From: a virus
DNA length: 64,000 nucleotides
Virus record (IMG/VR): IMGVR_UViG_3300034107_000725
Span: 64,001 to 128,000 of that record
Strand: one strand, 5' to 3'
Position numbers and translations under genes: made by a program. The notes below the pieces were generated by a model that was not told where the DNA came from, did no database searches, and saw only the letters and a list, made by a program, of their open reading frames with translations. This document shows positions 35,935 to 54,756 of the stretch, piece after piece; the first letter of the stretch is position 1; each line of letters opens with the position of its first letter.

Positions 35935-37272
35935 ATGAGCAATTCTGCAGTACAGTCGATGCGATCCATCGACCGATTTTTGCAGGAAGTCGCCGCAACC
36001 GAAAAGCGAGCTGCTGAAGCCAACAGTGAGCGAGGCAGTATCGGCGGAGCGACGACCCACCCTGTGAAAGATGTGGACGATCAAACGGAAGACGCCCAAG
36101 AAGGTTCTCGTTCAGCGGAAAACACCGCTGATGTGAAAGCCGATCAAGGCCCAGCCGCTGTTGATAACACACCTGAAAATGTTGCGGACAAAAAGGCAGC
36201 GGCTAAGCGAGCTTCGGCCCGCAAGCAAGCTGTCGACGGCAAGTCTGAAGACGGTGCGATTAACCCGCCCGGCACAGCTGAAGACGACCAACTTCAAATC
36301 GGCACACGTAAATCAACCACAGGTCAAGATCCTGCCGTAGAAACCTCTTCAGCTAAGGCTGAGAAGGAAGACGCAGCGGGTGGCCGCCTGGGCAATACAG
36401 CTCACCCTGCTCGTACCAACAATGGTGAGCTGGATGGTTACAAGTATGCCGAAATGCCGCTGGATCAGCTCGCTAAAGTTGCTTCCGACATGGGCAACAA
36501 CTTGTTGGCTCAACTGGCTAACTTGCAGAAACAAGCTGCAGGACTGGTCGGCGGTCAAAAAAAGTTGGACATGAACGGCAACGGTAAGCTCGAAGGTTCA
36601 GACTTTGCCTCGATGCGAAATCACTCGCAAGAAGAAGGCGAAGAGGATGAAGACGAGAAGGAAGCCGCAGATCTGGCCGGTCAAGCCGGTTGGGAACTTG
36701 CAGGTCTTCTGAGCGGTAACTTCGATAAGAAGGCTGCCGATTCCCTGGTGCGTAGCACTTTGGAAGAAATCATTAAGACTGCTTCCGATGATGCCGACAA
36801 GGTTGCTTCCTTCCTTGTTAGCTACGAGGAAGAACTCGTAAAAAAAGCTGGAGGTGAAATGCCCGCTGGCATTGATCCCGCAGCCATGGGCATGGGCGGT
36901 GCTGGTCCTGATGAAATGGCCGGTATGGACCCTGCAGCTATGGGTGGTGATCCTGAAGCTATGGGCGGTGGTGACGCTGGTGGGGATCAGGTCGCTCAGT
37001 TGGCCGCCCTGCTGGAACAGCTTGGCATTTCACCTGAAGAACTTGAAGCAGCTATGGCTGCCGAAGGCGGTCCCGGTGAAGCTGGTGGTGCCCCTATGGG
37101 CGGCGAACCTATGGGTGAGCCTGCTCCAGAACAGGCAAGTGAAGCTCCTGGCATGGAAGTTGAGGCTTCTGCAAAGCGACATGTCGCTAAGCAAGCTACT
37201 GCCAAAAAGGGTGCTGCTAACAACTTGGTGCGGGATTACATTCAGGAAATCCTGGAACGGTCTCGTCATTAA
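35935..37272 (+). CDS. Prohead scaffold/core protein
   Basis: Acidic, low-complexity, many KxA sites, between the protease and MCP. Confidence 0.7.
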   Translation: MSNSAVQSMRSIDRFLQEVAATEKRAAEANSERGSIGGATTHPVKDVDDQTEDAQEGSRSAENTADVKADQGPAAVDNTPENVADKKAAAKRASARKQAVDGKSEDGAINPPGTAEDDQLQIGTRKSTTGQDPAVETSSAKAEKEDAAGGRLGNTAHPARTNNGELDGYKYAEMPLDQLAKVASDMGNNLLAQLANLQKQAAGLVGGQKKLDMNGNGKLEGSDFASMRNHSQEEGEEDEDEKEAADLAGQAGWELAGLLSGNFDKKAADSLVRSTLEEIIKTASDDADKVASFLVSYEEELVKKAGGEMPAGIDPAAMGMGGAGPDEMAGMDPAAMGGDPEAMGGGDAGGDQVAQLAALLEQLGISPEELEAAMAAEGGPGEAGGAPMGGEPMGEPAPEQASEAPGMEVEASAKRHVAKQATAKKGAANNLVRDYIQEILERSRH

Positions 37273-37278
37273 TTCTAG

Positions 37279-37295
37279 GCTAGCATTCTGCTAGC
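37279..37295 (+). other. Intergenic hairpin
   Basis: GCTAGCA-TTC-TGCTAGC, no U tract. Confidence 0.5.
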
Positions 37296-37326
37296 TCCAT
37301 CTGAGGCAACTCACGGAGGTTTCCGT

Positions 37327-37767
37327 ATGAATACGAAGCTCGCAGCCCAGACGATTGAATTCATCGCCGCTTCGTCGGCGTTGAATGACCGTCTGATGGG
37401 CGAAGTGCAAGCTCATCGTGCTCGGGAAAAGCAGGCGGCTGCGAAGCGGCAGGCAGTTCTCGATCTCATGGTGAGCACAGGAAGTGTTGCTCCACATCAA
37501 AAGCAGGCAGCTGCTGGGATGTTGGGTGATCATAGTCAGAGTCTGGACCTACTGGTCAACGCAATCAACAAGATGCAGTCATACAAGGCAGCATCCGAAA
37601 AGGCGGCGTCTGACTTAGGACAGGCTGTGTCGGATCGGGAGTCTGGCGTTAAGTCAGCTTCCACGGTTCGTGACAGTTTGAACGATCCCTATGTCGGACG
37701 ACTGACTTCTGAGAAGAAGGCGTCGGACGTGGCAATTCTGGCGGTTCTGAACGCTCCGCGTTCTTAA
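37327..37767 (+). CDS. Small head/core protein
   Basis: 7 of its 10 lysines are in K-x-A context; helical. Confidence 0.65.
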   Translation: MNTKLAAQTIEFIAASSALNDRLMGEVQAHRAREKQAAAKRQAVLDLMVSTGSVAPHQKQAAAGMLGDHSQSLDLLVNAINKMQSYKAASEKAASDLGQAVSDRESGVKSASTVRDSLNDPYVGRLTSEKKASDVAILAVLNAPRS

Positions 37768-37820
37768 CTTTCACACTCTAGGTCTATGTCAGGCCTTAAA
37801 TCGGTATCAGGAGGATTCCT

Positions 37821-38348
37821 ATGGCTGCTCCGCGGCAAATGACTGCCAACACTTTGAATGCGTTAAAAGGTTGGCCGCAGATGAATGCGGTCGATTACCA
37901 CGCGGCAATCGACTCGACGGTCACCACTCCTGTGCTTGCAGGCTCAGTGGTGCACGTAAACAGCTCAGGCAACTTTGTTCCGGGCGTTGGCAATCTAAAT
38001 GTCATGCCTATGTTCATCTTCAACAGCTCGGATGACCCAGATGTCTCCAATGATGGCGGCGACGCCTCAACGGATCCTGGCGTATTCATCCCTATTAGCC
38101 CAACTGGCCAGGCAATGGCTTTGGTGGCTATTGGGGCTTACGAGTTGGTAAGCACAGCTTACGTGGCTGGTTCTTACTTGCCTAACGCTCCGCTTACATC
38201 GGCTACCACCGGTGATAACAAAGGTAAGCTCGTAGCTGGCAACATGTACACCAACATGATCGTGGGATTTGTATCTCGCGGCGTTGTGGACAATGGTTAC
38301 GGTAAGAATGCTTTGGCATTCTGGCCCTTCCCTATTTTCCCTGATTGA
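37821..38348 (+). CDS. Capsid decoration/cement-like protein
   Basis: Beta-rich 175-aa ORF immediately upstream of MCP; strong SD AGGAGG. Confidence 0.6.
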   Translation: MAAPRQMTANTLNALKGWPQMNAVDYHAAIDSTVTTPVLAGSVVHVNSSGNFVPGVGNLNVMPMFIFNSSDDPDVSNDGGDASTDPGVFIPISPTGQAMALVAIGAYELVSTAYVAGSYLPNAPLTSATTGDNKGKLVAGNMYTNMIVGFVSRGVVDNGYGKNALAFWPFPIFPD

Positions 38349-38374
38349 TTTTCCAGACCCGTACCAGACTCGCA

Positions 38375-38400
38375 GTTGATAAGCCACAGGCTTAATCAAC
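38375..38400 (+). other. Hairpin upstream of the MCP ribosome-binding site
   Basis: GTTGATAAGCC-ACA-GGCTTAATCAAC. Confidence 0.6.
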
Positions 38401-38421
38401 TCAAACAAGGAGGTTTTCTTA

Positions 38422-39369
38422 ATGGCTAGCTCCACTATGATGACTCAGGAAGAAAGCAAACTCCTGAGCCAAACGATCTTCGAGAAGCTCGCTTCTCGGG
38501 ATTCGGGCCTGGAAAAGCAAGCAATTGACGCAGTCAATGATTTTACCCGCACCAAAATGCGGGAAGATGGCTTTTTCCGCCGAATTATGCCGCCAATCCC
38601 AATCTCCAACGACGATCTCGATCGTCAGGTAGATACGGACAAGCCGGTAAAGATCGTGGACAAAGAACCGAACAGCCCTGCCGCTGTTTCGATTCCTTTT
38701 GCCACACTGCCGACGAACCTGTACATCAAGGGTGACCGTTACAAGGTGACCTTCGATCGTATCGTGACACCTAAGTTCACGAAGGACGTCGATGAGCTTC
38801 GTACCTGGTACATGGATATCCGTCAGGTTCTGAGCGATAACGCCATCAAAGACATGCTGGCTGAAGAAGATGGCAAGTTCATCTCCGCAGTCAACACGGC
38901 TCTGGTTGGCCCTGGCCTGGTCGTCCCGACATCGGGCACGATTCAGTATCAGGAAATCTCAGGCGGTATCACCCGTGATACCCTGTGGGATAGCCTCAAA
39001 ATTATGCCAAACACGCCTTCGAACTTGGAAGTTCACTGCGTGCTGCTTAACAACATCACCATCAAAGAAGTTGCGAAGTTTACTCGTAACGAAATGGGTG
39101 GCGACCTCAGCGAAGAGATCATGCGTAACGGCTGGACTCTGAGCGAGTGCATGGGTGTTAAGTGGGTGATTACGATCAAGAAGGGTCTCGTGCCAACAAA
39201 CACGATGTACCATTTCGCTGATCCTAAATTCATTGGCAAATCGTATATGCTCGAGGATACTACAATGTATATCCGTCGGGAGGCATATTTTATCGAATTC
39301 TTCGCGTACGAGTCACTGGGCGGTACGCTCGGTCACACGTCTGGCCTTGCTCGCGTTGACTTTACCTGA
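38422..39369 (+). CDS. Major capsid protein (HK97-fold)
   Basis: 315 aa, strong SD AAGGAGG, after protease/scaffold/decoration genes; N-terminal leader ending LEKQA; followed by a hairpin at 39394-39415. Confidence 0.8.
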   Translation: MASSTMMTQEESKLLSQTIFEKLASRDSGLEKQAIDAVNDFTRTKMREDGFFRRIMPPIPISNDDLDRQVDTDKPVKIVDKEPNSPAAVSIPFATLPTNLYIKGDRYKVTFDRIVTPKFTKDVDELRTWYMDIRQVLSDNAIKDMLAEEDGKFISAVNTALVGPGLVVPTSGTIQYQEISGGITRDTLWDSLKIMPNTPSNLEVHCVLLNNITIKEVAKFTRNEMGGDLSEEIMRNGWTLSECMGVKWVITIKKGLVPTNTMYHFADPKFIGKSYMLEDTTMYIRREAYFIEFFAYESLGGTLGHTSGLARVDFT

Positions 39370-39441
39370 TAAAAATTTCATAGGTAAGACGTTGCTCCTG
39401 GTTTATGCCAGGAGCCTGTCTTCCTTTGAGGAGCCACACTC

Positions 39442-39714
39442 ATGGCAGTAGCTTTTCCAGGTGCATATGTCGATCAGAGTATCACGGAACGTGGACCGTA
39501 TGATCAAACGTCAGAAGCTGTGGATGTCGGGAATCCCCCGGATCTCGGCTATGACCGTAGCTACGCGGTAGGCAGAGCCACTACACGTACACTGGATCTT
39601 TCTGGTCAGCAGACAGACCCTAAACCCTTCCCACCCAACAGATGGGTTGTAGGTCGTGACCCTTACGCCGTCGGTGGCGGTGTATACAGTTACCTCCTGA
39701 ACTCTGGCGGTTAA
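39442..39714 (+). CDS. Hypothetical (probable virion) protein
   Basis: SD GAGGAG; follows MCP. Confidence 0.6.
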   Translation: MAVAFPGAYVDQSITERGPYDQTSEAVDVGNPPDLGYDRSYAVGRATTRTLDLSGQQTDPKPFPPNRWVVGRDPYAVGGGVYSYLLNSGG

Positions 39715-39728
39715 CACCGTCGTTGTGG

Positions 39729-39746
39729 TTTTAAATTCCGGAATTT
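39729..39746. promoter_or_regulatory. Recurrent site variant TTTTAAATTCCGGAATTT
   Basis: Perfect 14-bp palindrome core abutting SD GGAG. Confidence 0.6.
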
Positions 39747-39758
39747 GGAGTATTCACT

Positions 39759-40154
39759 ATGTCAAAGAACACGCAAGCTCTGCCCAACGCGGCTGACGCT
39801 TACAATCAGTTGTTCGATGGCGTGCATGCTCAGGTCTTCCTCGGCAAGTTGGCCAGCTACGGTATTCAGCCTACGACTGAAAAAGAAGCTGCTGACTTGT
39901 TTGCGTTGGCCGGGCAACTTCGGCACGTCGATAGCCCTGTGAAGCAAGCCGCTGAACAGAGCCGTTTTGGAGGAGCCGTCTCGGCTCTTGATTCTGTGCT
40001 TGGTCACTCACCCGCAGCCCAACAGCATCAAGCTGCTGCCTACGGTGAAGCGATTAAGCAGGCAGCTGCTGACCTGATGCAAGACTCCAGCGTGTACAAC
40101 GCTGTGCTCTCGCTGAAGGCTCACGAAGCTGCTATCTTGGCTGGCGGTAACTAA
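39759..40154 (+). CDS. Small KxA-type head protein
   Basis: GKLA, EKEAA, VKQAA, IKQAA (4 of 6 lysines). Confidence 0.6.
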   Translation: MSKNTQALPNAADAYNQLFDGVHAQVFLGKLASYGIQPTTEKEAADLFALAGQLRHVDSPVKQAAEQSRFGGAVSALDSVLGHSPAAQQHQAAAYGEAIKQAAADLMQDSSVYNAVLSLKAHEAAILAGGN

Positions 40155-40167
40155 GGGAGCCCGATTC

Positions 40168-40509
40168 ATGCAAGATACAAGCTGCCTCTATTCCACCATC
40201 AAGAACACCTCTGGCGGCATCAAGAACTTCGGTTTCTTGCCTCCTCACGGTCGCACTTTAGCGAACAACGAAGAGTTCACCATCTTTGGTGACGTTCGTC
40301 AGGCTCTGGGCGGCAACCGTGGTAACGAACGCAGTGTTCAACGTCGCGATACCGCTGCGTTCGAAGCTGCCGTAGCCGCAGGCAATCTGACCATCTTGGA
40401 AACACCTTCTTTGGTTATCAAGGATACGGTGACGAACAATTCCAAGACGCTGCAATCAGCTAACGGTGTGCTTTCCGTTGTTGACCCATGCTGGCTTAAC
40501 TCCATCTGA
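40168..40509 (+). CDS. Hypothetical (probable virion) protein
   Basis: In-operon ORF. Confidence 0.6.
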   Translation: MQDTSCLYSTIKNTSGGIKNFGFLPPHGRTLANNEEFTIFGDVRQALGGNRGNERSVQRRDTAAFEAAVAAGNLTILETPSLVIKDTVTNNSKTLQSANGVLSVVDPCWLNSI

Positions 40510-40608
40510 GTTTGAATCATTTAAATTCAGAAAAGCTGCCGGTACAATTCGAGGTCGGTTGGTTACAATGTGGCCAACCGACCTTGTCTATTGATAGAAA
40601 GTGCCAAT

Positions 40609-41853
40609 ATGCTGCTGAGCCTGTTCACTCCAACGCATAAGCCAACCTACTTACCAGAAGCCTACCATTCGCTAAAGCAGCAGAATCTTAAGGACTGGGA
40701 ATGGGTCATCCTTCCCAACGGCAACAACGTCGTAATCCCTGAAGAGATCCAGCGGGATAAGCGAGTTCGAATTGTCACAGGTGGGGAGCACCTACATAAC
40801 GTAGGGGCTTTAAAGCGAAAAGCCTGTGACGCTGCCAGCGGCGATGCGTTCATCGAATTTGATCATGACGACATGCTGGTACCGGGTGACTCGCTCGACA
40901 TCATCCGAGACAAGTTTATAAAAGGTGCCGGGTTTGTTTATTCCGACACCGCTGTCTTTAGATTCAAGCAGGAAATGGGATCAGACGGACAGCTAAAGGA
41001 CGTACACAGTCCTTACACGTATTCTCAGCAGCACGGCTGGGAAAGCTATCCAATCACAGCCAACGGGCTGGATTTGTTGGCGACCAAGTGTTTTGAAGTG
41101 TCGCCAAGGTCCCTGGCCGAAATTTACTACTGCCCGGACCACGTGAGAAGCTGGTCACGTAAGGCTTACTATGAAGCTGGCGGCCACAATCCAGAACTTT
41201 CGGTTTGTGACGATCATGAGCTCATGATCAAAACGTATTTGACCGGTGCTCCGTTTGTGCACACAGGTGGCTGTCAGTATCTGTACCGCATGTTTGATCA
41301 CAACACGGTCATTATGCGGAACAAGCAGATTCAGGATATCACCCGCACACTGAGGGAAACACATGTACAAGGGTTGATCAAATCCTGGCTTAAACGTAAG
41401 GACTTTGCCGAATTGGATCTGACTACGCTGAGACAGTCCGGCTGGGAGCCCGATCGACATTTGCTTCAAGGTTTTGGAAAAGACCAATATGGTCATATAA
41501 TAGCAGATACCGAACTGCAAAAGTTCACAGGTATTCAGGTCCGGGAATTCATGAATGAAGCCTACGAAGCTCTGGTTCCAGGCGGTTATCTTTCCATCAC
41601 AGTCCCTGAAGTCCATTCTGGTATGGGCTATGGTGATGTAGAGTGGCAGAGCCATTTTAGTGCGGTCAGCATGAATCCATACACTCGTGTGACATCTGCC
41701 CGCAATAATGGTAAAGTAAACTGTCGGTTCCAGCAGATTAACTGCTTGGAGGTATATCCTTCAGAATGGCACCGCGACAATGGGTTTAAGTTCCTGCGAT
41801 TTGAGCTGGCTGCTCTCAAGGGACAAAGACACCCAGGACTTCAACATATTTGA
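40609..41853 (+). CDS. GT2 glycosyltransferase fused to a SAM-methyltransferase-like domain
   Basis: SLFTPT...WEWVIL...FIEFDHDDML; C-terminal EAYEALVPGGYLSITVP. Confidence 0.8.
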   Translation: MLLSLFTPTHKPTYLPEAYHSLKQQNLKDWEWVILPNGNNVVIPEEIQRDKRVRIVTGGEHLHNVGALKRKACDAASGDAFIEFDHDDMLVPGDSLDIIRDKFIKGAGFVYSDTAVFRFKQEMGSDGQLKDVHSPYTYSQQHGWESYPITANGLDLLATKCFEVSPRSLAEIYYCPDHVRSWSRKAYYEAGGHNPELSVCDDHELMIKTYLTGAPFVHTGGCQYLYRMFDHNTVIMRNKQIQDITRTLRETHVQGLIKSWLKRKDFAELDLTTLRQSGWEPDRHLLQGFGKDQYGHIIADTELQKFTGIQVREFMNEAYEALVPGGYLSITVPEVHSGMGYGDVEWQSHFSAVSMNPYTRVTSARNNGKVNCRFQQINCLEVYPSEWHRDNGFKFLRFELAALKGQRHPGLQHI

Positions 41854-41905
41854 TGACTTCATGCTCGTCTCTCGACTGACAACAACGTACCAAGGATGGA
41901 ACTAA

Positions 41906-50997
<9,092 letters not shown>

Positions 50998-50998
<1 letters not shown>

Positions 50999-52071
50999 TG
51001 ATTGAAACACTCTTACGTCAACGTAGTCCTGCTGCAGGAAATCCCGGCAACCAGTATCTGGCTGTCGGGATGTCTGTAGCTCCATTTATCGCAATCTATA
51101 AGAGAAACGGAGATACATTTACTCGGCTTGCTACGCCTGCGTCTGTTCCCATATATGCCGTTACAGGCGTTGCTTGGAACGGATACGACCATTTAATAAC
51201 GGTACACGCAGCATATCCGTATGCGACAGTGTATAAGGTCAATCGATTTACTGACTCATTTACGAAGCTGCCAGACTTCGTCACCAATCAAGGTTACGCA
51301 GACACAGGAGCCGTTTCAATTACTACGATCTCTGGTACTACATATATGGCTTTTACTTTTTCTCTAGTGCCTTATCTTAAGTCTTTCATTATTTCCGGCG
51401 ATACTTTTGGTCAATGTTCCAATCCGGCTTTGCCGCTCTCGCCTGCTACAGGTAGCAGTGCAGGTAATGACATTAAGTACAATCTTAATTCTGGTTCAGG
51501 TAACTGGTTTGCTGTCGGTACTCAAGGCCGACTTTACATATATCGCACGGCTAATCCGCCGGTACAAGTAACACACAGTATGACGGCTGGCGGTGGTTTT
51601 CAGGGAAGAAACGCGGTGCTTCCAAGCGTAAATGACGACTTTATGATGTACAATGCGGCTAGTACTCTTTATTTGTATACAATAACAGGGGGACCTTCTA
51701 CGCCTACTTTTGGCACTAACACGCCTTCCAGTATTTCCCACGGTGGAACTTGCTTCTCCTTAACACAGGATAGCTACTGGTCATGTTTTATAGCGGCAGG
51801 TTGTGGCTCATCCCCTTTCCTTAAAATTTATGATTGTTATGGCCAGTTTATTAGTCAGTGGACTACATATACACTATCGGCCAATCCGCCTAGTCACGTT
51901 GTGGATTCTTGTTTTACTTACGAATCTGATCCCCTACTTGCCTGTGCCCACGCGGCTTCACCGTATATCTCGTTTTACAGACGAAGTGGAACTTCTTTCA
52001 ATAAACTCTCCGATCCCGCTGTTCTACCTAATGGGGCAGCTACCAGTATTGCGTTGAGTGCCACCTTCTAA
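50998..52071 (+). CDS. Beta-propeller-like fibre-associated protein
   Basis: Repeated LAV....PFIAIYKRNGDTFTRL / LACAHAASPYISFYRRSGTSFNKL blades. Confidence 0.65.
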
Positions 52072-52088
52072 CTCTTCAAGGATACTTC

Positions 52089-52619
52089 ATGCGTTACAGT
52101 CGAATCGTCGACGGACTACCCACACCACCCCAGCTGCTTCCAATGTCGTTTGCGGATGTCTCCAACTTCCACACGTTGCCTGACGACACGCTGGCAACGT
52201 ATGGCTGGTATCCCTACACTCACACATGGCCTCCCAGCTATGATAAAGCGACGGAACGGCTGGTACAGAACTTCAGCTTTGACGGGACTACCGTAAATAC
52301 AAGCTGGCAGACAGTTCCGCTCACCCCAGAAGAGTTGGCAGATATCGCCAAGCAGACGATTAAAAGTCTGGGACAAGCAGTCAAAGATCACCTGGATGCT
52401 ACGGTGCAGGCTAGGGATTACGATTCCATCATTAGTGCTTGCACCTACGCCACGTCTTCCGTGGATCACTATCGGGACGACGGGCTGGCCTGTGTAAACT
52501 GGCGAGATGCTGTGTGGTTAGAAGTATATATGATTATGGCTGAGGTTGAAGCCGGGACACGGCCAGTACCCTCAGTTGAATCCCTTATCGCTGAACTTCC
52601 GGAGCTTGTCTGGCCATGA
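52089..52619 (+). CDS. Tail-fibre assembly/chaperone-like protein (DUF4376-like)
   Basis: LDATVQARDYDSIISACTYA...DGLACVNWRDAVW...LIAELPELVWP. Confidence 0.7.
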   Translation: MRYSRIVDGLPTPPQLLPMSFADVSNFHTLPDDTLATYGWYPYTHTWPPSYDKATERLVQNFSFDGTTVNTSWQTVPLTPEELADIAKQTIKSLGQAVKDHLDATVQARDYDSIISACTYATSSVDHYRDDGLACVNWRDAVWLEVYMIMAEVEAGTRPVPSVESLIAELPELVWP

Positions 52620-52843
52620 CATTCGCCAAAGCTGCCCGCAACTTCATCATCCTGATCTCTATAGCTATCGGTTTATTGCTGGTCGATCTTTACTTTTGGT
52701 CGCAAGGTCAGCAAACTTGGTCGGAAGCCATTTGGGGTGTCAACCAACGTACCTTAGGGCTGGCAGTTGGTGTGGGGATAGTCCTCGGCCACTGCTTTAC
52801 AGTTCCACGATCTGGAGGATCTGATGCTAATCAATCAAGCTAG
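52616..52843 (+). CDS. Small two-TM membrane protein (holin-like?)
   Basis: Two hydrophobic helices in 75 aa. Confidence 0.5.
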   Translation: MTFAKAARNFIILISIAIGLLLVDLYFWSQGQQTWSEAIWGVNQRTLGLAVGVGIVLGHCFTVPRSGGSDANQSS

Positions 52844-53063
52844 TCCTTACACACTGAAGCAACTCGACTTCATCATTGCTCAACTGCAAGCAATTCGGGC
52901 AAGTCTGGTTCCAGCCGTCAACCCAGGTGCAGTCATGCCAGTAGGCGTGCCTGCAAACACCAGTGCTGGCTCAGTGATACTGCCGTCTATAGGTGTAACA
53001 AGTGTTGGGAAACTGTTACCTGCAGCTCCTACACTTCCGACTGCACCAAAACCTGTAGTTTAA
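52824..53063 (+). CDS. Small Pro-rich hypothetical protein
   Basis: SD GGAGG; coupled ORF. Confidence 0.5.
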   Translation: MLINQASPYTLKQLDFIIAQLQAIRASLVPAVNPGAVMPVGVPANTSAGSVILPSIGVTSVGKLLPAAPTLPTAPKPVV

Positions 53064-53075
53064 AATCCGGAATTA
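53059..53075. promoter_or_regulatory. Recurrent site TTTAAAATCCGGAATTA
   Basis: Contains the TAA stop at 53061-53063; upstream of the GT4 gene. Confidence 0.7.
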
Positions 53076-53112
53076 GCCACTCACCTCACGATTCTCTTGT
53101 AGAAGGCATCAC

Positions 53113-54756
53113 ATGTCATTCCGGTTCCACCTGCTTGGGCTGCCGCACACGGTTTCCAGCCCGGAGTATGTCGCTTGTGCTTACACTCAAAAGGTCGTTA
53201 AGTTTGCCAAGATGATGAAGGCCCGTGGCCACCATATCATCCACTACGGACACGAAGACTCTCAGGTAGACTGCCACGAGCACGTCACGGTCACGACCAA
53301 TCGGGATCTGGAAATTGCGTACGGCAACTACGACTGGCGAGCTGGCTTCTTCAAGTTTGATGTCAACGACCACGCCTACCAGACGTTCTACAGAAACGCC
53401 ATCGTTGAGGTCGGCAAGCGAAAGCAGAATCGCGACTTCATCCTGCCGTTCTGGGGTTCCGGTGTTCGACCTGTCTGTGATGCCCACCCAGACATGATCT
53501 GTGTTGAACCGGGCATCGGTTATGCCGGTGGACACTGGGCTCGTTGGAAAGTGTTCGAGAGCTATGCCATCTACCACGCTTACTGTGGAATGCACAACGT
53601 CAGCACCTGTCGTCAGGATTGGTACGACGTGGTTATCCCCAACTACTTCGATGTCGATGACTTTGAGTATTCAGACGAGAAGGACGATTACTTCTTGTAT
53701 CTGGGTCGGGTCTACGACGGCAAAGGCGTGAACATTGCGATCCAGGTCACCGAGAAGATCGGAGCCAAGTTGATCGTGGCAGGCCAGAAGGAAGAAGGCT
53801 ACGCTCTACCACCACACGTTGAGTACGTCGGCTATGCTGACCTACCAACACGTAAGCGACTCATGAGTCGGGCCAAGGGTAGCTTTGTGCCGAGCATGTA
53901 TGTCGAACCATTCGGCGGCGTTCAGGTTGAGAACCTACTCTCCGGTACGCCTACGATCACGACTGACTGGGGAGCTTTTGTGGAAAACAATCCACACGGA
54001 GTTACAGGTTATCGTTGTCGTTCGTTCGAAGACTTCGTCAACGCTGCCCTGAACGTCGACAAGATTAACCCGGCAGACTGTCGTAAGTTCGGCGAACAGT
54101 TCTCACTGGAAAACGTCGCACTCAGGTATGAGAAGTATTTCCAGGACGTCATGAACGTCTACACGGGTCAAGGCTGGTATCAGATTGGCATACCGTGCGA
54201 CTATCCTACGATGGAAACAGAGGAAGGCCCGTTCGCCAAGCGGCTGGCCGAGTATATCTCCAGCCTTTATTTCTACGGCAGGCAATTTCAAGGCACGGTC
54301 GCGGACATTGGCTGCGGTCCGGGCATCTACACACAGGCGATGCGGGAACTGGGGATTGAAGCCACCGGCTATGACACGGATGCTCGGATCAAGGGTAAAC
54401 CAAATCTAGAGCAGATCTCTCTCTTCGATTTAGATACTCCTGCTGACATAGTGCTTTGTCTGGAAGTGGCAGAACATATTCCAGAGGCTGAGGCGGACGG
54501 TGTGGTTGCCAGTATGGTTCGCAACCTGAAATCGGATTCAACAGCTGGGCTCATCATCTGGACAGCTGCTCAACCAGGACAAGGCGGACACGGGCATATC
54601 AACTGCCAACCGCCGGAATACTGGGACGCCAAGTTTGAAGCTCAGGGCATGACGAGGGAAACCTCATTTGAAGACGATCTGCGAACATTTGCTCGCGACG
54701 GATATCACATGGGTTGGTTCGTCAATAACCTGAGGGTTTATCGTCGTGCCGAATAA
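53113..54756 (+). CDS. GT4 glycosyltransferase fused to a SAM-dependent methyltransferase
   Basis: FLYLGRV...[30 protein letters not shown]; [24 protein letters not shown]. Confidence 0.85.
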   Translation: MSFRFHLLGLPHTVSSPEYVACAYTQKVVKFAKMMKARGHHIIHYGHEDSQVDCHEHVTVTTNRDLEIAYGNYDWRAGFFKFDVNDHAYQTFYRNAIVEVGKRKQNRDFILPFWGSGVRPVCDAHPDMICVEPGIGYAGGHWARWKVFESYAIYHAYCGMHNVSTCRQDWYDVVIPNYFDVDDFEYSDEKDDYFLYLGRVYDGKGVNIAIQVTEKIGAKLIVAGQKEEGYALPPHVEYVGYADLPTRKRLMSRAKGSFVPSMYVEPFGGVQVENLLSGTPTITTDWGAFVENNPHGVTGYRCRSFEDFVNAALNVDKINPADCRKFGEQFSLENVALRYEKYFQDVMNVYTGQGWYQIGIPCDYPTMETEEGPFAKRLAEYISSLYFYGRQFQGTVADIGCGPGIYTQAMRELGIEATGYDTDARIKGKPNLEQISLFDLDTPADIVLCLEVAEHIPEAEADGVVASMVRNLKSDSTAGLIIWTAAQPGQGGHGHINCQPPEYWDAKFEAQGMTRETSFEDDLRTFARDGYHMGWFVNNLRVYRRAE

